A stretch of 64,000 bases of DNA from the NCBI RefSeq assembly GCF_006345805.1, contig NC_042998.1, positions 122,698,001 through 122,762,000 on the forward strand. Direction: 5' to 3'. Every line of letters begins with the position of its first letter. Position 1 is the first letter of the stretch. Shown piece after piece: positions 36,733-49,150 of this stretch. The notes below the pieces were generated by a model that saw only the letters and a program-made list of their open reading frames with translations, was not told the DNA's origin and ran no database searches. A program made the position numbers and the translations under genes. The stretch is from Octopus sinensis. Taxonomy: Eukaryota.

Positions 36733-39700
36733 CTGTTGATATTTTAAATGAAATAAAACAGGTAATGAGTTTTCACAAGCTGTAATGGTTTAAATAGGGA
36801 AGATAATGGATGTTTTAAAGCCTTCCTTGTTCTTAGAATGTCTGAAATAACGATAACATTATAAACATTTAAAATTTCATTAGAAAAGTTTATGAATAAT
36901 TGGGCGTCAATATTTATTATGGGGGAGGGGGCGCTCGTATACAAAATTGATGACGTGCAGTGGTTAGCAGAATCATTAGAGCTCCTGACAAAAAGATTTG
37001 CATTATTTGTTTCAGGTTTCTACGGAATAAATTCCGCTGGGCTCAAATTTTTCTTATATCCTTCCGGGTTATATAGCATAATTTACCAGGCAAGTATTGG
37101 TATCGATTAAGCCTCTCCCATCAAAACTGACAGGGAATATGGCTGTCTTCTGCATCTCAGCTCACCAATCCCGTATTGCATCTCTCCGAGAATATTCAAA
37201 TTTCTAATACAATGACCTTTGTTTATTGTTTCCGACCTGAAATTAACTGACAGTTTCTGGATTAAAGTATTTTTCGAAAGTGTCATATACTTCTCTCGTA
37301 GCTTTAACAAATATTATCTCGTTTATATACTTCAAGTTGTGAATCCCCAACTCCTAGTCAATTGACATTTTGATTGGTATATCTTCCTTTATGTCATAAG
37401 GCCAGCTGGGATTTCATTTGACATGTAAATTTTATCAACTTGCAAAAACAATGGTTCAGTGTTGCATTTGTCGAGTACTGTCTATATATATAAGACCCAA
37501 ATCCACAGTGCTCCTGCACCGCTTTTAAAATTCCACCAATAACCTTTTTATCTTTACTTCTGTGACAGACTGCCCATCCTCGTTTGACGCATTTTCTTCA
37601 CATTCTGCAATTCTTGTGCAAATTCTCTGGCCTTTCACGTAGCTGCAATGGTTGCCATTTCCTCTTGTTGATTACGTACTTTCTCCCGCTTCCTCATTTA
37701 ACCCCCAGTCGTGATCACGAGGACTTTTTCAGTCCCTTGGTTAACGTTTAGCAATGAGGAGATGAGAACGAGGTAACTTACACTTCACATCATCAATGCC
37801 ATCCTAGGAGCCTCAGTACTCGTTGCTGCTGTTGATGTTACTTGCTTACCTGTTTCAAACCTTCCTCGCAGAAAGTTGCAGCTGGGCTTCTTGTTATACT
37901 TGACCAGTGTAAAGGCTTTTCACTCGGGCCCTCCACTGGGTACAATTCTGATATTGTTTTCTAATCTTGCTGGCTCATGAAGATATATATCCTCTTTGTA
38001 GATATATATCCTCTTTGTAATCCCACCTGGCCACTTATCTCCGACATTTATTTCAACACTGACCATCTGCCTGCATTCAACCATCAAGTGATTACCGATG
38101 AGGAACAGATGTCGTTATAGATGTCCTTTATGGCGACGCTCAAGTAGCCTTAGTTATTGGTTTTAAGATCATGTTAAAACATCTTACTGTTTCATTAAGT
38201 AAATAGATACGAAATGTAGGGTTACTAAATTATGGTTGTTTCAGACCATTCTGAATTACGTTATGTTTTATGTAAATACATATTATTAAATTTACTACAA
38301 GACTCTCTCACGGACTACATGTAAACCAGGGCAGCTTTTAATGGTATATTCTGATAAACTGTCTGTATCTCCCTCTCTTACTCTCTCCCTCTGTACTTCT
38401 CACACTATGTATAGTGAATGATATTCAAAGTAGCCTAGGTACCCGAAGAATAGTAATACATCTACTCTGAGGAGGAAAATTTATCTCGAAACAAGTTTGC
38501 AAGAAAACTGCCAAATACCTTTCAGTTACATAAAGAAAACTATGGGATATTTTGAGACCATTTCAGTCTGTGCAGATAAGATTTTAAAATAAATAACTGT
38601 ATTTTTATCCATATTTTACATGTTTTAACATTAACCATGTTTTTATCTCAAATAGTTACAATTCATATTTTACTTAAACATCTTGCTTGGCGAAGCTAGT
38701 GACAGATGTAAAAACTACACGTGGGCTAATGCTATATCATTAATTATCTATATATACAGTAGTCAATGTCATAACATTAAACAGTAAAAATAGAGACAGC
38801 TATACAGTATCTCGGCAGATGATTATGTTATACTGTGTTTCATAGCCTGACAGAAGACTTTATCTTGAATTCATTCAATAGTTATGGCAACAGGGGACAT
38901 TAATAATAGTTACACCACTTAATGAAAATGCAACACTATGTCTAAACAACAATACAATTAACATATTTTTCTTCGTCTGCCTCATAATGTATTTATTTAC
39001 TTTATAGTATTTTCAGTGGTATCGGGTATGGCATAAATAAAGTAGTATTTAAAAATATTTCTGAATTTGAAACTCACATACTTATTTAGTGTTGTGGTAT
39101 TCCCAACTGAAAAGGGAATCAGTTTATCTCCAGTCCATCATGATTTCTCATGTGTGTGCGTCTTTGATGATATTAGAGAATGGATAAATTAGTAAATGAA
39201 GGAACATATTTCTGGATCAAAAATGTTCTGATTGGTCAGGTTCTTAATATATTTTTGAAGTTTCATTTTGTTTGTTATTTTATAATGATGGAACGCATAT
39301 ATTCACTAGAATGACTTTAGGCCATTTCTTTTAGCGACTTATAATCTAAAGAAAATCTAAGAATCAATTATTTTCAGATGAAACATTGCAAAAAAACGCA
39401 CAAGAGCCCCCTCTTTCTCTCTCTCCCTCTTTCCCTCTCTCTCCCTCTTTCCCCCTCTCTTTCTTTCTCTCTCTCTCTCACACACGCGCTCAATAACACA
39501 CATACACATGTTTGTGTGTCTATGTGCTCGTCAGTGTGTTTATATGTTTGCAAGTCTGTGTCTGTGTGTGCATATGTGTATGTATCGATTCTGTCATGCA
39601 AGAAAATATATATGCAAAGCGAAAAACAATATAGCAGAGAGGCAAATATCGAGGGATATTTCCCTCCTCTCATTATTGATATATATTCTTTTCTGTACTA

Positions 39701-41329
39701 AGATTACTCGCGGAGATAAATATACACACGAATTCCTTAACAGAATTAATTGGTCATGAACTGTAATGGAGACTAGTAGAAATAATCACTGAATCAGAAA
39801 ATCACCTCTGGTTTGGACTTCAACACATTTTCTTCACAGTTCATTTCTGTTATCTCCAATATCAGTATAGATCATGGTAGTTAGTCTACGAGATATTAAT
39901 TTTTAAAGTGTATTTCCATTTACTTACGACCATTGCTTTTATTGTTATAACGACCAACTGAGGTTAAATTTGTTGATTTAACACAGACAGTTTCCTTTAT
40001 TTTCATCTGAATTGCAACATGGTTGTCCTAATTTCGACAGAATCACTATGTTATTCCAGTTGTTAAGCAACCAAATGTCACAGAAGTAATATGTGTCACC
40101 TTCGCACAATTTCACTACTAACCATAGCATTTCGATATAAGATAACATAAAAATAAAAAAGAATCCCCTCACAAAACATTAACTACAACGAATAACAGCA
40201 GAAATATGCTGTAATAATTTCGATAGTTACTGATAAGAGAGATAAAACAAATGAAATATAATCACAAAGAAAAATACATTTATCCATGATGAATATTTTC
40301 TTTATCTGATACAATGAAAATGCAATAAAATACACTGCACACACGAAAATAAAGAACCAAATCTGTGCGACTTGGGGGTGGAGCTTAGGCCTAAAGTGAA
40401 TTCTATAAAAGTAGCTAATCTCATTATAAGTTATTGGAAAAAGTAAGTGCAAGGCGTTGAGCAAGAAAAAAAAATACTCGTAGGTTTTGGATCAATAAAA
40501 TGACTGCGCGGTAGATATAATGAGTTTTGCTGAATACAGTCAATAATGAGAGATAAAATATTCACTGTAACAAGCCAGGCTTACATTAGAAGAATTGGAA
40601 CGCTTCGAAGATGAAAATACCAGTTCATTAAAAAAATTGGTACTATATAATTTATATATTTAGTTATTTATATTTTGATTATATCAGTTTTCCAAAGTCT
40701 GTGATGTAAAAACAACTTCATGTTAATCTTATAAAAAAGTTGCAAGTTACTGTTTGAGTGTGAAAGTGCATATCACAAGTACTTCAGTGCTGTGTTAGTT
40801 ATTGTATCAAGCTCACTTTTGTAGACATACACTGGAGATTTAAATGAACATAAAAGAAAATTACAACTTGGAATATAATTTCCTCACACTAATCTTGTTA
40901 TTTCTGAAGAAGCCGCGGCAAATACTTGAATATACTTATTAACCCTATCAAAATATTCAGGGTACATACCATTCTGTGGTAACGTGAGTAAGTGTCTTGC
41001 ACTATATACTCGGCTCGATCAATATCCGGTGCTTAGGTTTAGGCAGGCGCTTACTGCGATCAGTGAGGTTAGATGCATTTTTACCTGCGATTCAAAAAGC
41101 CAGCCGTTTCATATTGTGTTACATTAATCCGAATTGAAAATTACATTAAGCGACCGTAGTTGTAGAATGTTTATCCAGTAATACATTAATTTAATAAACT
41201 TGGTGATTCAGTTAACGGACCAACTTTACCTCATAATAAGAAATTAGTCTTCCGCATTTTCTGTATGCTGTCTTTTCAGTTTTTTCGTATTTCTTCTCTT
41301 ATTCATTTTTTTTTACTTCGTTATATGTG

Positions 41330-41392
41330 GTGGGTGCCTGATGAATATGTTTGAGATATTTCTCAACATATGAGACTATTAGTAGAACTTAC
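41330..41392 (+). ncRNA. Decayed type I hammerhead ribozyme motif
   Basis: CTGATGA (41338-41344); 10-bp stem II with one bulge; GAGA instead of GAAA (41372-41375); stem III CT-ATT-AG; GTA triplet; imperfect stem I GTGGGTGC/GAACTTAC. Confidence 0.5.
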
Positions 41393-42232
41393 AGACATGC
41401 ATTGTGTCCTTTAAATAAATTATATTTATCTCTCGCCAGATGGAGTACTATTTTTGTTGTATTTTCTATCACAGAACAGTACATTATATATGTATATATA
41501 TGTAAATATATATATATATAATATATATATATATTATATATATATATATACACATACATAATACATACATACATACACACATACATACATTCATACATAC
41601 ATACACGCACATACATACATACACACATGTTTACGTGCTTGTCGAGTTGTAATAAGAACAATTTTATATTAAATTCAATACTTTTTGTAGACTGTTTATC
41701 ATTCTCTCACACGAACAGAGTTGACAGCAACTGCAAAATTTCAACTTCCTAAACTTTATTGAACTGGGATACATTCAAGGTCAGTTTGCCTTATATATTT
41801 TTAGACAAGTTTAGTTTTTGGTGAAGATGGAGCTATGTTAAATGCTAATTAGGTAGCAGAGTAAGTTCTAATCGAAAGTTTCTAATGATTAAAGTTCGAG
41901 TTGCGTTATTGCTTTGAGTTCACTCATACCTGTAAAATTTGTAATCACGTGTGTCTATTTAGGTGTCTTAGCTTCAGCTCTCGGTGTTACTATTAGTGTT
42001 CCCCAAAAGAAGAAAGTGAAAACGTTAGTTGATTAGCGGACGTATAACTAAATTTAGTTACAAATTTCTGTACTAAAACACTAAGACCTGAGGTTGACAC
42101 ACCTAAATAAACTATTTAATTACAAACTTTTACATGCTTGGCAAAACTTTTAACAATAATCTCCACATACGCAAAACGAATAGCTTTTATCTCTTACATA
42201 GTGTTAAAATAAAAATAATAATAATAATAATA

Positions 42233-42271
<39 letters not shown>

Positions 42272-42327
42272 ATAATAAATGCACACATACATACACGTTT
42301 GTCTGTCTTTCTCCCCCCTCTCTCTCT

Positions 42328-42362
<35 letters not shown>

Positions 42363-42409
42363 TATATATATTATATATATATATATTCATATATCTATAT
42401 AAAGACGGT

Positions 42410-42510
42410 GTATGACCAAGAAGCAGGAATGTGAGAAAGTCTTTTACGTTTCGAGTCTACGCTCTTCAACAGAAAAGAATAAGAGAAAATAAACAGAGGG
42501 GGAATAAAAA
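42410..42510 (-). mobile_element. PLE-derived short repeat (family P), minimal hammerhead-like motif
   Basis: Minus strand reads TTTT-CTGTTGA-A-GAG-CGTAGA-CTC-GAAACGTA-AAAG (42441-42476). Confidence 0.55.
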
Positions 42511-42959
42511 AAAACTTGCGGATTTAGTGATAATTACTTTAAGGATCCAAAGGAATCGAGGTATTTTAATAACAAAAGCACCAAGGTAGACTCAAATACA
42601 GCATATCCGTGTATCGACTGTGTGTACGGACATTCACGCGCTTACTGAAGCATATACGGATTCATCCCTTCAGATACACATGCGTCCACATGTATAGACC
42701 ACACACGCACACATATGGAAAATCACACAAGAGTCAACCCCAGCATGCAGTACCCTCTCCACTGTAGGCTCATGATCCAATACAGGGAAGGTTCCGATTG
42801 TGGTGTAGTGTAAATAATACCACAAAATGTACACTAACGCTGTTTCAGATATGTTTTTTATTGCATCATGTGAAAAACCGTTTACTTTAGGTGCCGGTTG
42901 AGAGAGTCAATACGCATCCCATACTATTTGAGTCAAAAATTCTAAATTTTTTATCGGTT

Positions 42960-43340
42960 TCTTTTGACTTGTTTCGGTCATTAGACAGCAGCCATGTTGG
43001 GGCACTGCCTTGAAGAATTTTTAGTCGGATGAATCGATCCCAGTCCATTTATATATTTGCTAAGCTTGTTACTTATTTTATCTGTCTGTTTTGCCAAACC
43101 GCTAAGTTACGGGAACATAAACACACCAACAGCAGTTGTCAACTGTGGTGTGGAACAGACACAAAGACACATATATCGGTACACACATACATATATATAT
43201 ATATATATGCACAACGGGTACTTCCAGTTTCCGTCTACCAAATCCATTGACAATACTTTGGTCGGACCGAGGTTATAGTAGAAGACACTTGTCCAAGTTG
43301 CCACGCGGTGGGACTGGACTTCGAACCATGTGTTTAGTTT
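42960..43340 (-). mobile_element. SINE family B, full length
   Basis: Tail at 42960-43170 and head at 43210-43340 (minus: CATGGTTCGAAGTCCAGTCCC...GGACAAGTGTCTTCTACTAT). Confidence 0.8.
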
Positions 43341-43403
43341 AATTTTAATTCACCTGAAGAAAATGTTTTATTTTTTACATGATGTAATTGATACACACAC
43401 ACA

Positions 43404-43473
<70 letters not shown>

Positions 43474-43927
43474 ACACACATGCATTTACATTGCGAGTCA
43501 TAACACTTTCTAAAACAGAGCTTTTTATTTCTGCCTTGATTATTCTCGCAATAGATTAAGATATACACATATACGTAATAACAGACTTGAAATATCAGTA
43601 GCTTTTCTAGTATTAATCTGAGATTTGGTTAGTAAATATTGAATTTTTGACACTAATTACTATTAAGCAAATCATAGTTAACTGATGGGCACATGCAACC
43701 TGAATTACAAGATACACTTCAAAATTAGAAGCATCACATCAGATAATATCCCTGACAAACGAAAGACTACATCACAGCATGTATCACGTAACAATGTAGA
43801 CTATATCTTTAATATCATGTATTCAGCGATATCTGTAATCTTTAACATTAGTATCGGTTACAAAGTTTTTTATTTCCAACTTTTCTGGCACTACAGAATA
43901 ACAAATAGAGTAACACACACAGCAGTG

Positions 43928-44010
<83 letters not shown>

Positions 44011-44429
44011 TATTGTTCTGAAATTATATAGCCTTTAATTTTTAAGCTTTTTCAATAACTACCCTAGTGTTTCAATCAATCATTCTGTATATAAATTGTT
44101 AGTACGAATTTTATTACTATTATTTTCCTTTTAATTCTTGAAAATATTTATAAATCATTGTTCTCAAGAGAGAAGAATTCTGATTTGAAATTTGAGTAAT
44201 GAATTGAAATCGTTATTTAAGTTTTGTTTGCTTTCATGTAATATTTTAGTATGTTTCGTTCGGAAAGATTCCGAGTGCGAAGTTAAGTTGAAAATATCAT
44301 AAATCTCAAAAGTACGCAAATCGATATTATGATAGATTGATAGGTAAGTAGAAAAGTATACACGTCAATGTAAACATTAGTCCATGCATTCGCATTCGTC
44401 CGCATGTACATGTGTTCAGAAGATCATCT

Positions 44430-44435
44430 ATGTAC

Positions 44436-44466
<31 letters not shown>

Positions 44467-44468
44467 TG

Positions 44469-44499
<31 letters not shown>

Positions 44500-44575
44500 G
44501 TATGTATGTATGTAAGTATGTATGTATGTATGCATGTATGTATGTATGTATGTATGTATGTATGTATGTATGTAT

Positions 44576-44612
<37 letters not shown>

Positions 44613-44670
44613 GATCTATCTATCTATCTGTCTATCTGTGTGCCTACCTGCCTATCTGTCTGTCTGTGTT
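44430..44670. repeat. Compound tetranucleotide microsatellite (TATG)n-(TCTA)n-(TCTG)n
   Basis: Read directly. This is representative of dozens of (TA)n, (CA)n, (GA)n and tetranucleotide arrays throughout the window (e.g. 46090-46180, 47590-47700, 52020-52320). Confidence 0.95.
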
Positions 44671-45769
44671 ATTGTACTCAGATATCGAGACAGACACACA
44701 CACGGGCACGCATATATAAGTGTAGGGACAAGCACACACACATAAATACGCACATTCAAGTGTTGTAGGGCTTAACCGATGTAATGCCAAACAAAATACA
44801 TTGCAGTGTTTAATTTTTCCGGCTCCTTACATTGTGAGTTGCCTGTGATGATACTAAACATCAGCTTGTATTTGCGTGGTGCTTTCTTTTGTTTTGACCA
44901 AAATAGTGGTGCGGATGAGGACACTTACTGCATGGGTTACTGGTGATGTTCTATAACCTTTATTCAGATTTGTACCCCGGAGAGAAAATTACCATCTGCA
45001 GATACATGGCCAAACTTTATCGTAAAACGCATCTTACATATACAGAAGAAAGCATTATGGGGCGTGTTTACAGAAACAATGAGCTTGAATGAGAAATTTC
45101 AGGAATTGTATATGGCGAAACATTGGTAGCGTAAACCATTTCCATAGCATTCGTTTGGGGTATGGATACTGCTTCTCACTACTGGAGAGGGTCCCAAGTG
45201 TCTGTCGAGACCTACGAAGAGAATATCAGACTGTATCACTGGCGATTATTCATTACACTTGTATATGGCGTAAATATTGAGTTATATCTATGTACCTTTA
45301 TATGCGTGCTTATTTCTTAATGGCTTTCTTTAAGGATCGAAAGGCAGTATCTCTGATATTTTGCTGAACACCTGAAATAAACGAAATATATTAAGATGCC
45401 ACGACATTCTACATTAAGAAACAGCAAGCCCATCAAAATTAGCTGGCCAGTCTCAGACCTGATACTCGGGCTGAATGCATTCAATAGAGTTGGCAATTCT
45501 AATGAGAACCAAGGACAAGATGGTAGTGTTAAACTAGGTATGGAATTAAATTTATTTTTAAGAACAGGTACAGTTTCTACAACGGGTACATTCTCAACAA
45601 AATTCCGTCAAAAGACTTAGCGCGAACATTGGATATAATAGTAAACAATCGACAAAAGAGTGATCAAACGTAGAACATCACGATTAGAAAATTATCTTCG
45701 TTCATGCCTACATATATACGCACTTCTCTATCTTTCTGTCTACTTACGCAACAGCTCATCCAACTACAC

Positions 45770-46070
45770 ATATATATGTTTGTTCCTTCTCGAGCCATGC
45801 CTGGCTCATAAGGACCGGTTTCCCGGTTTCCTAGGCGTATAGGTTCCCCACCTGGACGGGACGCCGGTCCGTCGCAGGTGAGTTGCAAGATGCAGGAGGA
45901 AAGAGTGAGAGAAAGGTGTGACAAAAGAGTCAGCAGAAGTTCGCCATTACTTTCTGCCGGAGTCGCGTAGAGCTTAGGTGTTTCGCTCATAGACACACAC
46001 ATCGCTCTGTTTGAGATTCGAACCCGCGATCCCTCGACCGCGAGTCCGCTGCTCTAACCAGTAGGCCACA
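45770..46070 (-). mobile_element. tRNA-derived SINE family D, well preserved
   Basis: Minus-strand head GGCCTACTGGTTAGAGCAGCGGACTCGCGGTCGAGGGATCGCGGGTTCGAATCTC has clear A and B boxes, followed by a GC-rich body. Confidence 0.8.
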
Positions 46071-46094
46071 CACATATACATACTTTCACAGCTA

Positions 46095-46177
<83 letters not shown>

Positions 46178-47593
46178 GTTTTTTTTTTCTGTTTGTCTAT
46201 TTGTTTTTCTGTCCGTCTTGCTCTTTGTCTATCTGTTCCTCTGTCTGTCTGTTGGTCTGGTCATTCATAGCATAATTTATACATTTGCAATCCAGTTCAT
46301 TATTCTGTTGTGAGATGGAGGTAAATGTTATGCAAAGAGATATGTGAAAGAATAATCTTCATGTATTGTTCAGGTTAGGAGCCTGTGGTTCTTCAGTTGA
46401 TTACCTCTACAGTCACTAATATTTCTATGGTATCGTAGTGGATTTCATTTAACTGTGTTTGCCTCAGTTTTACCTGTCCAGTAATACATATGTTATCTAT
46501 GAAAACTTTTAGACACCATAAACAATCAATAAATGAGCGAGAAATTTTAACTTTTTGAATATTTATTTCTAGCGCATTTCCATTTTGCTACACAGGACTA
46601 ACTTACGATCTCATATATTTACAATCTCATATGTTTGCTCACGCTTTGAGCGGCTTTAAACCAATGAGTTATATTCCCATCTCTGTTAATTTCGATCTAT
46701 GGATAATTCAACTTAGAAAGCTCGTTCGAAGTTACAGCGATGTGCGAAGTTGGGCTCAACTCTAGAAACTAATACATGTCATATACACTTTGCAGTCACT
46801 ACTATAAGCAATGGAAGTGTAATTTGAGTTTGACGTGTTTACATGTTGTTATAGTTGTTTTATCTTCAGCTGAGCTCAAACTGAGAAGACCCATGATCGA
46901 TGGACATTTTGAACCCACTAACTCATATTTTTTCTTTCTTTAATCAAGGGCCATACTGTTGAATGTAAGCTGTATTTAAATGCTAGCATAGAATTTCACT
47001 CTTATTTCGAGCACGTCGAGCAGCCATGTCAAGGTTTTCTCTTTAGTTTGTGTACGTTGCTAGATCGATGTCACAATTTCGGTATAAGAAAACTATGGAC
47101 CGTTATCATTTATTATTTTTCTGTACGCTGCAATCTTTGTTCTCTGTCTGTTATGTCATTCCTCATTCTCCCTACCCATATCTCTCTCCTCACACTCCTT
47201 CTCTTTTTTCTTTTTACCAATATAATCTAAACCAACTATTACTTGTGGCTTGCTGAACATTAATATGTTATTCGTTCAGAACGTGAGAAACCTTTGTTTA
47301 CATGTATGTGTCCATGTATCTGTCTGTGCATATGTATATATGTATGCATGCATATACACGCTCCACTCGAGGGCACATATATAGACACTGAGAACGGACA
47401 GTCGATCTGACATTAAAGACAAACACACATACAAATATATATACAACTATACACACGCACACACACACACACATACACACACATGTTGCTCCAGAATGGC
47501 ATAAACCACGATGGTTAAAACTAAAAAAATATATTTATATACATATACACATATGTATACATACACAAGCGCACATCTAAACACATGCACACC

Positions 47594-47705
<112 letters not shown>

Positions 47706-47722
47706 ATATGTATGTATGTATG

Positions 47723-47753
<31 letters not shown>

Positions 47754-48069
47754 ACGTATGTGTGTATTTGGGTGGGTAGGCTTGTGCATATATAAATGTA
47801 GGTTTATATAAATTTATGCTTATGAGTAAATATATATACATAAATATACATATATATATATATATACATATGCATATATATACATACATACACACACGTG
47901 TATATATACACGTTTCTTTGTCAGCTTGAGAGTGTGTGTCTGCCTGTATGTATGTGCAGACATCGGTATGTTATTGTGTGATGTTTAATCATGCTTGCTA
48001 TTTTTCTAATGCTTCTTTTGTTTCAGAAAATTACAAATTGAAAGGAAATCTATTTTATTTATCTAATTG

Positions 48070-49150
48070 TTTGTTATTGTTGTTGTTGTTGTGACTGAAT
48101 GTTTTTTACTGCTTTTATTGTGTTTTATCATCGTGTTTTATTGTTGTAACCATTGTTGCTGTTGCTCGTTCTACAACTGTTACAGTTGTTGTTGCTATTG
48201 GTTATGGCTTGTACAGTTGTTGTTGTTGTTGAGTTAAAAGTATATTGTTGTTGTTGCGATCGAAACTTGTACAGCTGTAACAGTTTGCTTTCAGTTGTTG
48301 TTGTTGATGTTGTCGTTGCCGTTATTGTTGCTCTCTATTATTATTGTACTTTTGTTGTTATTTTTAAACTTTATTTACAGTTAAGCTAAAGGAATGAGAA
48401 GCTACAAAAACGCAGAATATTTTCGATCGTTCAGAAATCTGATTAAAATTACAGCTTACTCCTTCACTACTGCCGCCATAGACATAACCTCCCCTTATTC
48501 CATGCATCCATCCATTCATCCATCTATCCATCATGATCATCATAATCATCATGACCGTGAACATCGTCATCATCATCATCATCAGCAGCAGCAGCATCAT
48601 GATTCTCATCATCGTTACTATAGAGCATTTCTTGCAATATGATAACCACAACTGGTACCAATTCCACTGATGCCTTTACAGATATTAGGATCATCACCGT
48701 CACTGCCAACACTACCACCACCACTATTACCATTACAACCAACACCGCTACTGCTGCCGCCACCATAATGTCCAACAGTAATATCATGATAACCAACACC
48801 ACTGCTATCACAGCAACCATCAACGTCACCTCTATTATTAACAACTCTAACACCATAACACCACCACCACAACCGCCACGACCACTACGCCATGACCGCC
48901 ACGACTGCCAGGATCACCACGCCATAACGCCACGAACGTCACGACCACCACGACCCTAATCTCAAGCAGTAGCAGTAAGAGCAGCTCCAAGAGCAGTAGT
49001 AGGGGCAGAAGGGGAAGTAGCAGGCGCAGCAGTAGTAACAGTGCCGCCACCACCACCACTACCGCCGCCACCACCACTACCACCGCCACCACCACCACTA
49101 CCTCCACCATCGCCTCTATCATATCGCAGTCACTACCAACAACACCATCA
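48070..49150. repeat. Degenerate trinucleotide low-complexity tract (GTT-rich, then CAT/ACC/CCA-rich)
   Basis: Read directly; overlapping low-complexity ORFs on both strands. Confidence 0.85.

Noticed and set aside
41933-42135. Degenerate inverted termini suggesting an old MITE
   Set aside because: Too many mismatches to define TIRs or a TSD by eye.
45396-45620. ORF containing ISWPVSDL, loosely like the mariner WPxxSPDL motif
   Set aside because: No other transposase motif nearby; a chance match is likely.
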